A stretch of 63,924 nucleotides of DNA, filler included, from Globobulimina sp. (Eukaryota): NCBI GenBank assembly GCA_003354225.1. It is 39 parts of 39 records of this genome, joined end to end, with 100 filler letters (N's around TTAATTAATTAA, not from the genome) between each part and the next. Parts side by side here need not be neighbours in the genome. Positions count along the whole stretch, not along the records: positions 36,129 to 37,670 come from PIVH01015075.1; positions 37,771 to 39,311 come from PIVH01015076.1; positions 39,412 to 40,952 come from PIVH01015077.1; positions 41,053 to 42,593 come from PIVH01015078.1; positions 42,694 to 44,234 come from PIVH01015079.1; positions 44,335 to 45,875 come from PIVH01015080.1; positions 45,976 to 47,516 come from PIVH01015081.1; positions 47,617 to 49,157 come from PIVH01015082.1; 31 more parts are not named here. One strand, 5' to 3'. The notes under the pieces were generated by a model, which was given only the letters and a program-made list of their open reading frames with translations, was not told the origin of the DNA and made no database searches. The position numbers and the translations under genes were made by a program. Every line of letters starts with the position of its first letter. Within the stretch, counting starts at the first letter, position 1. Positions 36,386-48,231 of the stretch are shown here, piece by piece.

Positions 36386-37499
36386 TTAATCCCATAACCA
36401 ATCCTCTGCGGCATCAGCGCAATACTCACCTTTTACATGTTGCTGAAGCATAATATTCCACATTTTATCCACAAGATCAGAATTTTGCTTTGCAATATTA
36501 ATTGTTTGATACATATCCGTGGTTAAATCATAGAGCTCGAATGTCTTTTCCTTGTCACAAACTGGTATATAATTTGCAATCGTCGCATTTGGTTTGCCTC
36601 CAATACATAATCCGGTAAAATTATTAATTCGCACAGCTTGACCCCACCCATTTTTGTTTTCGTTTGGCCCACAATATTCAACATATACCCACTCTTTTTG
36701 TGGCTGCTCTCGTCCCATCAACGTAGCCACCATCGACACCCCATCAGTTTGTGGAACTGTAGATTCCTTCGCCTTTGCTAAGTCAGCAGCAGTTGCCAAA
36801 AAATCGTAGTTTGTCCACTGAAAATCACTGCGTGTTCCAGCTGCAACGTTTCCGGGATATCGAACAATTAAAGGAGTGCGATGCCCGCCTTCTTTGAGTG
36901 ACCTTTTAAAGCCAGACAATGGACCGCTCGATGCGAAGAATTTATAATTTTGTCCGCCTTCGTTGTTTGCTCCATTGTCACTCGCAAAGAATACAATTGT
37001 ATTATTATCTAAACCGTGCTGCTTCAGCGCATCCATAACCTGACCAACAAAGGCATCAACATACGTGACCGCTGCAGCATAATCAATTTCCACCCGAGGC
37101 CATGACCCATTATTTGCCCAATACGGACTGGTGGATATTCTGGGAACTGGTATGTCGTATTCCTGTGTGGTGCCAACTGCGCCAGAATGCGGAGTCGTAT
37201 ATGATAGAAATACAAAAAATGGCTTCTGTTTTCGTGCGGGTTGGGATAAATAAGTGAGCGTATCAGCAGTCCATAGATCGCCAGTCCAGTCACAATGTTC
37301 ATAGTCTGGCTCACCGCAGGATTGTTGTGACGCATTTATGTTGTTTGCAAGAGTAACTTTTGTCTGTCCATTCCATTGAAATGGAGGGTAATAATCATGA
37401 CATAGTGCTTGATTGACCTGACCAATATAAGTAGCAAATCCTTTTGAAACTGGATCATTTTTATCCGGATTGTTTTGTGAACCTAAGCCCCATTTGCCG
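36386..37499 (-). CDS. Arylsulfatase (S1 sulfatase family), last exon
   Basis: Frame open from the AG acceptor at 37500: GKWGLG, PFFVFLSYTTPH, YAAAVTYVD, FFASDNG, GFKRSLKEGGHRTPLIVRYPG, FELYDL. Confidence 0.92.
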
Positions 37500-37525
37500 C
37501 TATATGGATATGTGAGAACTTTTCA

Positions 37526-37573
37526 GATCCCTTGACAGGTCCACCATATGATCCCTTGACAGGTCCACCATAT
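37526..37573. repeat. 24-bp tandem duplication GATCCCTTGACAGGTCCACCATAT x2, upstream of the sulfatase exon (intronic)
   Basis: Two exact adjacent copies. Confidence 0.9.
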
Positions 37574-38143
37574 GATTAAACTAATATATATATGAGTAGA
37601 TAATATGAGTAGACTGTACCCGCACTAGGAAAAAAAAACTTGTTTCTCAAATTCGAATTTTGATGAAATANNNNNNNNNNNNNNNNNNNNNNNNNNNNNN
37701 NNNNNNNNNNNNNNTTAATTAATTAANNNNNNNNNNNNNNNNNNNNNNNNNNNNNNNNNNNNNNNNNNNNTATGGTCTTCGACTTTCTTAAAATAAAATC
37801 TATTGGAATCTGCTCTTAATTAACAGGAATGTCGTACGCAGAATCTCTATTTAGATTCATATGAGATTCAATCGTTACCCAAAGAGTCCTGGGAGATTCA
37901 ATAGATATATTTCTGATTGTCAGTATTCTAAATATATTGGCACATTAAACTGGATCTAGTCTTAATCATGACACCTAAATGATAATATATTCATTTAGTG
38001 ATCAAATAATACTTTTTACGAAAGTCATGATGAATGACTAGCTAATCCTTACTGAAGTTTTGTTTCAACACACTTTGCATTGTGTGCCTGATAAGCAAAC
38101 ACAAAACAAATACAGGGTTGGAAACACTTTCTATGTATTGATT

Positions 38144-38214
38144 ATGAGATAATGCAGTTGAAACGCATGACATTTTGAATCAAAATGTCATGTGTTTCAG
38201 CTGCATTATCTCAT
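38144..38214. repeat. 35-bp inverted repeat with 1-nt centre (near-perfect palindrome)
   Basis: Arms 38144-38178 and 38180-38214, two mismatches. Confidence 0.92.
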
Positions 38215-38383
38215 TAATTCAGGGTGTATAAGCAGGAAGATATACAATTGATTGAAATTGTAATTTATAAAACAGATTAGGTGGTTGAATAAATAATCTC
38301 TGCGCTTCATTTGTATAACAACTCATAAATGAACAATTAAAATATCTTAACCAACCATAATATTTATTTTATTCCAAAATAAT

Positions 38384-38880
38384 GCCCAAATATAGTGACA
38401 ACCTGTAATTTTGTGGTGGTTGATGTCTGTCAATTAAATGTTGCAATAAATTGATTAATACATAAATGATACGTGGTAAAAAATATTAATATTTGTGTCT
38501 TTCATTGCTGTTCCAAAACAATTGACTGTTCCACTTAAATATTTACACCAAATTCCATTTTCTTTATTTTTATTTTCTAAATCTTGCCTACTTTCATTAC
38601 CATTTATTCTTCGAAATGTGCTGCTAAAATGATATGATAAATTATCAATATCAGTGTATAAAATAACTGATAAAATATTATTTAAACATAATCCAACACC
38701 CTCTTTAATATCATATATATTCCAATCTGTACATTTTATTGTTTTAATTACATTTGAATCGGTGAGTAAATCCATAGCTTTTTGTATTGCATTTTGAAAC
38801 ACATTCATATCTAAACGAAATATTTGGTTTGATGTTATTTCTTGTTTTAAATTATTATCTTTCTTGAGAATGTGATATTA
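38384..38880 (-). pseudogene. ADP-ribosyltransferase-like family pseudogene
   Basis: ILSVILYTD, FSSTFRR, TVNCFG, FYH, then a frameshift and a stop before TSTTTKLQV. Confidence 0.65.
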
Positions 38881-39411
38881 ATTTTGTAACAAATTTATTA
38901 TTTTCCATTCTTTTTATTCTCGAATATTTTCTAAATTTTTTCTTTTTTTTGTTAAATAATTTCTTAATATATTTCTAATTGTTTATATTTATATCTTCTA
39001 CAATATTAAATCCAATGTCAACTGAATGGACAAAATAGTAATGAATTTCTCATCCATTAAAATTATATATTTCTCATTTACAACACATTTCCCATTCTGT
39101 CTGTTATTTCGAACATATATTTTACATTTATTTATATCACAAACCATAACTTCTCTCTTTCCATATCGCCAGTTAAATGACATTCTAATAAGTAATGAAA
39201 ATCAGTTATTATTTCTTTATAATTATATTTATATTTTATATTCTTATTACATTTTGAATTCGAATACAATTTTAATTCTTTTGTAATTCATATATTACAT
39301 TCTTGTGTACTNNNNNNNNNNNNNNNNNNNNNNNNNNNNNNNNNNNNNNNNNNNNTTAATTAATTAANNNNNNNNNNNNNNNNNNNNNNNNNNNNNNNNN
39401 NNNNNNNNNNN

Positions 39412-39584
39412 AAATGCGGCGATTTTATTACTTGGAAGGCTGTAATGGTTTGGGCACAAACGAATTTGGTTTCTGAGGATAATCGCTTTTTAAGTTTACA
39501 TATTTCAATGGTTGTGCCATTCTCCTTTTCAAGGAATAAAATTTGGTGCATAATCGCCATATCTTCTTCTTTGATTCCTTCCAT
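39412..39584 (-). CDS. Hypothetical protein N-terminus
   Basis: ATG-initiated ORF divergent from NTMT1, runs off the contig. Confidence 0.35.
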
Positions 39585-39700
39585 AATAACGAGCTAGTTT
39601 GATCCTTGACAGTTTTTGTCTCTTGAGACGTACTGATGATTTTTTCAAACGTTAAGTGAGAAATATTTGTAGCTAAAATTTATGTGTCTCATCATTTTGC

Positions 39701-40456
39701 ATGGCTCAGTTTAATGAGAAAGAAGTAGTTATTCTCGATGGGTTTGATAACGAAGGTGATGAATATGAAAATGCAGAGGAATTTTGGGCACTGATAGATG
39801 AACGAAATTGGTACATGACATTGGACAGATATTGGAAAAATAAGAAAGCGAATATCGACGACATGTTAGGTGGAATGTCGAATGAGATCCATCAAATTGA
39901 TATTCGAACATCGATTGAAATTATAAAAAGGTATTGGCCAAAACAAAAGAAAAAAACAGGTACCAATGCATTGGATTGTGGTGCGGGAATTGGACGAGTC
40001 ACAGAGTGTGTATTGGGGCCAAGATTCGATAGAGTCGATTTAGTAGAAATAAATCCTAACTTTTGTAAGTGCTGTACTCAAAGGATTGGAAATAAAAAAT
40101 ATTTCGGAAAAATGATTGCAAAGTCATTGCATCAATTTATACCGGAGGCAAATTATTATGATTGTATTTGGTGCCAATGGACACTGGAACATTTAACTGA
40201 TGATGATTTAATTTCGTTTCTCAAACATTGCAAACATGCATTAAATAAATCATCAAAACACTCATATTGTGTATTTAAGGAGAATGTATGCAGAAACAAC
40301 TTATTCTATGTCAACATTGCAGGATCATCAATTATTCGTCATCAAACAGTTTTAATTGACATGTTCGAAACAGCAAAATTAAATGTTGTTCAAATATTAA
40401 ATCAGAAAGGATTTCCAAATGATTTATGGCCACAAAAAATATTTATTCTCAACTAA
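39701..40456 (+). CDS. NTMT1: Alpha N-terminal protein methyltransferase 1
   Basis: YW..ANIDDMLGG, ALDCGAGIGRVT, VDLVE, YDCIWCQW..HLTDDDL, KEN, QKGFP. Complete ORF. Confidence 0.93.
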   Translation: MAQFNEKEVVILDGFDNEGDEYENAEEFWALIDERNWYMTLDRYWKNKKANIDDMLGGMSNEIHQIDIRTSIEIIKRYWPKQKKKTGTNALDCGAGIGRVTECVLGPRFDRVDLVEINPNFCKCCTQRIGNKKYFGKMIAKSLHQFIPEANYYDCIWCQWTLEHLTDDDLISFLKHCKHALNKSSKHSYCVFKENVCRNNLFYVNIAGSSIIRHQTVLIDMFETAKLNVVQILNQKGFPNDLWPQKIFILN

Positions 40457-40565
40457 ACAAATATCTGCTTCCATTTACTATCAACTTTTTATATCATCGT
40501 TAAATGTGATGTTAACTTCAAAAAACGTTTTGTGTTCGACGAAAACGCTGAAAACTCAGAACCAT

Positions 40566-40952
40566 ATGGTTGCCTTTTCCACGGTTGTGATTGGTGTGGT
40601 TGTTACTGTTTCATTTGTGTTGCTTTTGAGAACATTAGGCAAAGGATTGAACGTTGTATGGGATTTAGATGATACATTAATAAAATCAGTGCATCTTGAA
40701 ACATATGAAGATGCATCAAAAAAATGCTCAATTGTTAAAATGGACCGCTATGTATTTGAACATATTGATGATGATATAATGCATTTTCGGACATATATAC
40801 GACCGTGGACTCGGATTATTTTATTACTTTTAAAATGTTGCGGTGTTAAACAATATGTATTTACATCCGCCACAATTGGATATATGAACAATGTTTGCAA
40901 ATTCTTAGACCCAAATAATAATATTTTTGAAATTAAAAAATTATCAACCAGC
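40566..40952 (+). CDS. NIF/FCP1-type HAD phosphatase with N-terminal membrane anchor, 3' partial
   Basis: VVWDLDDTLI, RP, VFTSA..Y..LDP. Confidence 0.85.
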
Positions 40953-41053
40953 NNNNNNNNNNNNNNNNNNNNNNNNNNNNNNNNNNNNNNNNNNNNTTAA
41001 TTAATTAANNNNNNNNNNNNNNNNNNNNNNNNNNNNNNNNNNNNNNNNNNNNG

Positions 41054-42236
41054 GACGATGAATTTATTTCAATTGCATGAGTTCACGAAGATGAATTCGC
41101 CCCAGGTACCAATATATTAAATTGTATATATATATATGTTTAAGAAATTTCCTTTTCATGCAGTAACACATAAGGCATCGTCCTATTTATTTTGGCATGG
41201 ATATCTACTCTGGGAATTAGAGACTCGTATTAGAAATTTAGGCGGCAAATATCGTTGTTTTGGTATGCCATATTGGGATTTTACAAGCGAAGCTGGCCGA
41301 GAGTCACATCCATGGATATTTAGTACGGGTTTAGGTGGCAATGGAAACGAAAACGATTATTTCACAGTGAATGAATATACGTGGAAATATAACAGAAATG
41401 AGTATTGGGTGCCTTTTAATTGTATTGCCGAAAATGATAAGTATCCAATATGTTCATTAAAACGTGCGTTGAAACTAGATTTTCAAATGCAAACAGCGCA
41501 GTTTCTCGGCGATGGGATCATAAAACATAAAGAATTCGCGCAATTCGCCAAATGGTATTCCAACACAGATAATCCAGTCCATTTATTTACAGATTCAGCT
41601 ATTTTAAAGTCACCAAATGCAGTGACCACCAGTTACGATCCCATATGGTATTTATTTCATAGTATGGTGCAATACCACCAGGCGATATGGACAGATTGTA
41701 ACGAATATGACTTAATTGACATGGATGACTTAGATAATTACCCCGCAGCGTACAAACCATTTTGTGTGCACGGCGAATGTGTGGCGCCTAATAAATATCC
41801 GGCGGAATGGATGCAATTTGAATTGGATGATGTAATGCATTTTGGCGGTACGTTAAAAGAACAGCAATGGAGTTATATCAATAAAAATGATTTAACGGTG
41901 CGGAAGTTATATGATGTATCGTCGTGGGGAATTATTTATGATTTAGGTGCTGGCGATGGTTTTTATACAAAATCAGGATTGAAAGATTATTGTCGGGGCA
42001 AATTAAATGATAAATGGTTTATATTAAATGAAGAAAGTCCGGAAGGCACAGGCGGAATATTAGCAGCATCAGCATCGACACCATATACGATCACTAATTA
42101 TTTATCATCACATAATTCAATATTTGTGATAATCTTTGCATTGGTAGTATCAGTTGGATATTTCGTCCGTTTGGCGTACAAGAAACGAAAAAAGGATATT
42201 AATGATGAAGCGTATGATTCATATGGGTCAGTATAA
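41054..42236 (+). CDS. Tyrosinase-like type I membrane protein, 5' partial
   Basis: H..YLFWH..LE..MPYWDFT (CuA), DPIWYLFH (CuB), C-terminal TM. GT-AG intron 41106-41163. Confidence 0.85.
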
Positions 42237-42475
42237 AATTTATATATCTTTTATGTTTTATTTTGTTTTATTTGTAATTTATTTATTTATTTATATTATA
42301 GTGTAAGAGTACGAGAAAGAATTTTAATTCTTTGCTGTGTCTTTGAGTGTAAGGATACGACGTGGAATTGAAATTCTTTCTGATACTAATTATAGTTTAA
42401 TGTTAATTTTACTTATACTTTTTGTAGTTTTAAAGATGATTTAGTGATCAGTTGAGTTCCGAGGATTGCGAATTT

Positions 42476-42575
42476 AGGAATAATGTTACGTGACAAAATT
42501 AGAAATAGTGTTACGTGACAAAAATATGAATAATGCTACGTGACAGAAATAGGAATATTGTCACGTGACAAGTGT
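42476..42575. repeat. Four 25-bp tandem units with core TGT(T/C)ACGTGACA
   Basis: Units start at 42476, 42501, 42526 and 42551. Confidence 0.85.
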
Positions 42576-42693
42576 AACGTCACCATGTTACATNNNNNNN
42601 NNNNNNNNNNNNNNNNNNNNNNNNNNNNNNNNNNNNNTTAATTAATTAANNNNNNNNNNNNNNNNNNNNNNNNNNNNNNNNNNNNNNNNNNNN

Positions 42694-43070
42694 TAGACAA
42701 TATGTATAGTAATCAAATGGGAAAGGTTGGGAACGTTATTTCACAGATTTATGAGTTGTATAATTCAGATATTAAACCAAAATTAATTACGGATAAATCA
42801 ACTGCAGTGATGATAATGAATTCAACTTCATTTAGATCGCCATCTGTGATACAAATGTTAGGTACGGATTCACCGCAGGTACACAATGGTAATATGTATA
42901 CGCCAGAAACGGATGCAAAATCGGACGATCGCGAACAAAATAGCAATGCGGATGTTTCAGATAATGAGGACAATAAAAGTAATCAAAAACAGATGGATGT
43001 GGGTGATGAGGATGATGAGGAATATTTAGAGTATCAAGTTGGTGATCAGGATGACGACGTTGACATTTAA
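42694..43070 (+). CDS. Acidic C-terminus of an unknown protein
   Basis: ORF from the contig edge with a D/E-rich tail. Confidence 0.5.
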
Positions 43071-43211
43071 CTGAATAAAAGTTTATTGTAAATATAATAT
43101 ACATATTGATTTGTTTTAGACTTGTTTAATATTATCGAGGATTTGCATTTTTAAGTATTGTTTTTGTCTGAAAACTTTCCAGTAAATTACTTATCGCCAT
43201 TGACAGTAAAT

Positions 43212-44234
43212 ATGCACATTGGTTTTCTTAGATATCCTGGATATTTATCATTAATTTTATCCATTTCATGTGGTTTTATACAAATCACATTGTTAATCAG
43301 CTTGATAAGAAAAACACAAAACAAATTGCCAAACAATTCCATTTTGTTTGCATACTTATCAATTATATTCTTTATCATGTACGATATTGGAATCCTATCT
43401 CAATCATTATATGTAATAATTGAACCAGATGCGTATAATTCTATGTTGTGCACAATAAACTTTATACTTTCATGGTTATACAAAACTGGTGAAATATTAA
43501 TGTATTTATTTTATATTAATCAATTAAACGTAATATTCTCTGAAACAATGTTCAGATACAGCAAAATGGGATTGTTCGTATTTGCTTCATTTATTGTTTT
43601 CGGCTTTTATGTAAATAATTTCGTTGTACTCTTCAAAAATATACATTTATTTGCAATTGATTGCCTATTAATGGCCAATCAATACCATTCCTCAAATTAT
43701 AAGAATACATTTACGTTTTCATCCGCGATTTTCTCAGTCATTGTTGAAACTGTTGCGTCCATTGTTTTGCTGAGGTATATATTTTGGTTTTCTATTCATT
43801 TCGGAATAATATTAATATTTGCAATTGTATGTGTTTCTACTTTCTGCACAGATTATATTTGAAGAACCTCGCTTTACTATCTTTAGCCTACGACCATTAT
43901 GAATTTGCTTCACAAGGACATAAGCAGCAAAATGAAAAATTTCTTGACTTGATTGTAAAAATAACAACTTTGGTTATCGTTACATTGATCACATCCTATT
44001 TAACATTAATTTCATTAATGACAGAATTCGGAGGTTGTATGTTGATCATTGACCATACCATTATTGCAATATGCATATATTTAGGATATGGAGTGAATGA
44101 TAAATTATATCACAAATCATGCTGTTTTTGTAATAAAGTATGTCATAAATGCTGTATTGTGATATGTTTTTGTTGTTGTCTGCCAACACAAATTGATGAT
44201 ACTCTGGAAATGGCGATAACTGAGAATTCAGCAC
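43212..44234 (+). CDS. 7TM-like membrane protein with Cys-rich cytoplasmic tail, two exons
   Basis: About seven hydrophobic segments. GT-AG intron 43775-43851. IDHTIIAICIYL..YHKSCCFC..C..CC after the last TM. Confidence 0.75.
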
Positions 44235-44334
44235 NNNNNNNNNNNNNNNNNNNNNNNNNNNNNNNNNNNNNNNNNNNNTTAATTAATTAANNNNNNNNNN
44301 NNNNNNNNNNNNNNNNNNNNNNNNNNNNNNNNNN

Positions 44335-44359
44335 CTGTCATTGTAGGTATATCTTGCAT
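44335..44359 (-). CDS. Start of the next phage gene (MQDIPTMT), probably a tail fibre by position
   Basis: AAGGA Shine-Dalgarno before the ATG, directly after the DUF2313 gene stop. Confidence 0.45.
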
Positions 44360-44368
44360 AATTTTTCC

Positions 44369-44935
44369 TTATATTACTTGGTAGAGTACTCGGCAGTTAG
44401 CTGGTGCCAAGCTTTCAATAAATGTTCTAACAGATTCATTTTGACCTGAGCCACTGAAAACCCAAGGAAAGTCTTTTGGGAAGAACGTGCCAGTGACTGT
44501 ATTGAACGTTACAAATATCGTAAATCGTTTTTCTAAATCTGTACCTGTATCGCCACCTGCTGTGACAGTCACGTCGAATCCCGCTAACGTCACTAGAGCC
44601 TGAAGTTCTGGAAGCGTTTGTGTTCCATCAGACTTTATTTTCGTTATGACCTGGTTTCTCCTAAGAGCTATGTCGACATCATTTGCAAAAGTCGCATCAG
44701 GTATTCCTACTTGTGTTTCCCATTCGGTTATAAGTTCTGTAGTTGAATATATATTGAATTCAGATAATAGTAAATTTAATAATGAATTAGTGCGCAAAAA
44801 CTCTTCACTGTAACCTTTAATCATCGCAAACATGTTGCTTAATGGATTGAAGACGTTTGCTGTTATCTTTCCAGATGGAAAATACTTAGCACTAACTACA
44901 GTTTCTTCATCGAGTGTTCTTGGTTTTGTTATCAT
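44369..44935 (-). CDS. Phage baseplate protein, DUF2313/YmfQ (Mu gp48-like)
   Basis: FPSG, TTELITEWETQVGIPD, RRNQVITK, PANCRVLY. ATGA overlap with the baseplate J gene. Confidence 0.85.
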   Translation of the reverse strand: MITKPRTLDEETVVSAKYFPSGKITANVFNPLSNMFAMIKGYSEEFLRTNSLLNLLLSEFNIYSTTELITEWETQVGIPDATFANDVDIALRRNQVITKIKSDGTQTLPELQALVTLAGFDVTVTAGGDTGTDLEKRFTIFVTFNTVTGTFFPKDFPWVFSGSGQNESVRTFIESLAPANCRVLYQVI

Positions 44936-45875
44936 GGGAATGTCACCGTTCCTAATGTCGCTAGCTGTCCAGTGCTACTTGCCGAAACGTCTCCAACTGG
45001 AGAAGTCAATGTGAAAGATTGTAACTTTAATCCAGTATCAAAATCAAATGTATTTTTAATAGCAGTAATATATTGCTCAGATTCAAGGTCAGTTTCCAGT
45101 ATGGTTTCTGTTCTAAAAAACGCGTCAAGCGAATTGAAAACAGCTGTGCGCATTGTTTCGCTATCTGGTGATATTGATGCAAATAAAAAATTAACAGGAA
45201 CAGCAGTAGGTGCAAATAGAAATACATCGGCCAATTGAGTATTCATTGGAACAATCAGGTTCAGCGTTTCTTTTACCGTTGCAACTTCTGTGGCACTTGG
45301 TATCACTGTCTCGTCGTTATCTCTTGTGAAATACACAGTAACTTGACCAACTAAAGGAGTAACACGCTGAACCCATGTGCGCGTCACACCATTGATAAGT
45401 TTGCACTGCCTAGATATTGCCTCAGAGTTAAAGTTAGTTGTTGGATTTGCCCATGCTGATATAACTCTAGCACGGTAGGATTCTATTGTTTCTGCCGCGG
45501 CTCCTCCATCGATACCCCCGAATGCAACAAATGCGTCTGAGTTAATACCCGGTGTCGATACCTGAGGAGTTAGAATTGCGCCAGACGTTATGTTTGTATC
45601 TGCGCCGCTGGTAACACTTGTCACATTCACATAAGCTGAAGTTGCGCTAGACGTTATTGTTCCTGTTGCAGTTGCAGGTGCTGACACAATAATAGGAAAT
45701 GTGAACTTGTTAGGTTCACTCACTGATATTACAACAACTCCATTATAATCTGATTCATTTGCACCTGCTATTGTTGCTGTTACACCACTTGCAAGTAAAT
45801 GTGGATTTGAAAACTCAGCAGTTGCTAGTCCAGCTATTTGAGTTAATGAAAGCACATTAGTTACATTAAGATTTA
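44932..45875 (-). CDS. Phage baseplate J/gp47-like protein, 5' partial
   Basis: GIDGGAAAETIESYRARV, INGVTRTWV, GQVTVYF, GQLATLGTVTF. Intronless, translationally coupled. Confidence 0.92.
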
Positions 45876-45995
45876 NNNNNNNNNNNNNNNNNNNNNNNNN
45901 NNNNNNNNNNNNNNNNNNNTTAATTAATTAANNNNNNNNNNNNNNNNNNNNNNNNNNNNNNNNNNNNNNNNNNNNACTTTGTCGTTTTCAGCTTG

Positions 45996-47402
45996 ATGTT
46001 TTTCATTCATATCATCATGGCAGCGTTTCAGTTGTTGCTTATCTCATTCAACATTCTAGGTACATCTGTCAGTACGAACTAATTCCATATTTACAATATA
46101 AAAAAAATCAGTAACAACAATATATGGAACCGATCTTGTTTGTAATAACACGCATTTATGCTCAAATCAAGTAATTGATTGTACGAACTCAGCAACGCCA
46201 TGTAACATCCACTGTACCTCACGCGAATCATGCAAAAATACAACAATTTTATGTGCAAATAATGAGAATTGTACAACTATATGTTCATCTAATTTAGCAT
46301 GCCATTGGATAAACATACAATGTCCAAACCCCACCACGCAAACTGTATCACCGCATTGCACAATCAATGGAACCGCACCAAATGCGTTAACTAATATGAA
46401 TTTCAAATGTAACGCACAAAATGCCAACCAACAATGCAATATTTTATGTCTTGGACATTCAACCTGTTCTAAAGCACTTATTGATGGTAGAAACAACTTT
46501 GGCCCATTAAATATACTCTGTTCCGGCGATAATGGCTGCACTGACATGACATTATATTGTCCTCAAAATCAAAATGACAGCAAACTATGCACTGTTTCAG
46601 GTACAGCATATTATGCATTGTCAAATGAAGTCACTTGCATTAAAAATATACAGGTTGGAAAGTGGTGGGTTCAGGATTTGATACAGTCCATGAAAACTTA
46701 AATATATTTGCCACAAACTCATGGAATGATATTGATTTATCGCATTATATAGCATGGGTTCGACCTAACTCGTCAATGCATTGTGGCGTAGAATATGAAA
46801 ATGAATGTTCAATAACAAATGCTGCAAAGGTATTGCAATGGAATTGTATTAATAATACGTCGCCATGTTCTTTTGTGGATGATACTGTGACAAATAAGCG
46901 GTGTGATGATGATTATTCATGCAATGGAACTAGTATTACCTGCTCAGGTAATAAGCCATGCAATGTGTGGTGTACTGGTAAGCATTCATGTTCTCAGTCA
47001 ACTGTTCATTGTGCAGATAATTATGAATGTAATATTATTTGCAGTGGGGAAGGGGCCTGCGATTCGACGCAGACAAATACTGTTTTCCATTGTCCGTCTG
47101 ATGCAAGTTTAGTTTAAAGTGTTTCTGTGTTTTTGTATGCGAAAATTAACTGTTTTTAATTTCAAGTAAGTAAGTTTTTTGTAAAACATGCCTGCATTTT
47201 GTACACAGACTGTAACGTAGCTTGTGGTGTAATCGATATTGGATACACTAATTATGGTTTACACGCATGCAGTAACGCCATAATTCATTGCGCAACAAAT
47301 CCTGGACATGAATGCAATGTTAATGTGTATGGAGATTCTGCCTTACAAAATGCACAAATTCAATGTAACAAAGCAGATAAATGTAATATTTTTTGTAATT
47401 AA
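45996..47402 (+). CDS. Secreted cysteine-rich repeat protein, multi-exon
   Basis: Signal peptide across GT-AG intron 46060-46111. Repeats C.I.C.G..SC....I.C. Confidence 0.75.
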
Positions 47403-47616
47403 AGGTCAACGTTCAGACCGACACGTAACAACAGCAAATTATTCACACCGACTTCATTTGTCTTTCTCTCTATATCAGTCATAAAATTCTATCCTTATAC
47501 GTTGTTATATTGACAGNNNNNNNNNNNNNNNNNNNNNNNNNNNNNNNNNNNNNNNNNNNNTTAATTAATTAANNNNNNNNNNNNNNNNNNNNNNNNNNNN
47601 NNNNNNNNNNNNNNNN

Positions 47617-47921
47617 GAGTTGCCTTTATTCGGATTTGCAACAAATATGAATCAGAAAGCGAACCAAAAATGATTGTTGAATCATTTTATCCGAAAACAG
47701 AAGACATATATAATGATAATTTAGGATGTATTTTAGGATTACAATCAGTAAAATGTGGACATAACATGTGGAGACTGTATGTATTATATCAAATAAGTGA
47801 TCATCAACCAAATCAATCTGCTGTTCCTGTTAAACTGGTTTCATTTTTTCTAACAAATGAAAAAATTATAAAGGAAATGAGTAACAATCATAATTGTCAT
47901 TTTATGCAATGTATAATGTAA
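47617..47921 (+). CDS. C-terminus of an unknown protein
   Basis: Open frame from the contig edge, convergent with the Tctex-1 gene. Confidence 0.4.
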
Positions 47922-48231
47922 TATTTCTTATTAAATGATGTATCATTTAAAAATGTGAATTGTACCTCTTTGTTTTGTTCTGTTTTGCATTCTTCAAAGT
48001 ACTAAGTTTTTGTATGCATAAATTAAAGGGAATAAATTCTGTGATTTAATGATTCATAGCTATTCATGTCTGGTTTATCTTCATTGCATTCTTATGCACT
48101 TTCAAAGTTTGCAAAATGAATCTCTTGTTTGCTCTTTGTCTCACCACATCTTTGTAGCTGTGGAGCTGAGCTTTTAGTTTTTCAGCATTTTTATCATGGC
48201 GTCATGCGAAAATGAATGGGGGGAATAAAAC

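Noticed and set aside
37024..37335. Frameshift or separate ORF in the sulfatase
   Set aside because: The sulfatase frame is open from 37499; the listed ORF is an off-frame shadow.
41078..41080. TGA recoding or an alternative genetic code
   Set aside because: Single case 25 nt from a contig end, one change from TCA; TGA acts as a normal stop in other genes here.
44335..45875. Host-encoded contractile injection system
   Set aside because: Prokaryotic gene structure, no eukaryotic flank, and Mu-like order; a co-assembled phage is simpler.
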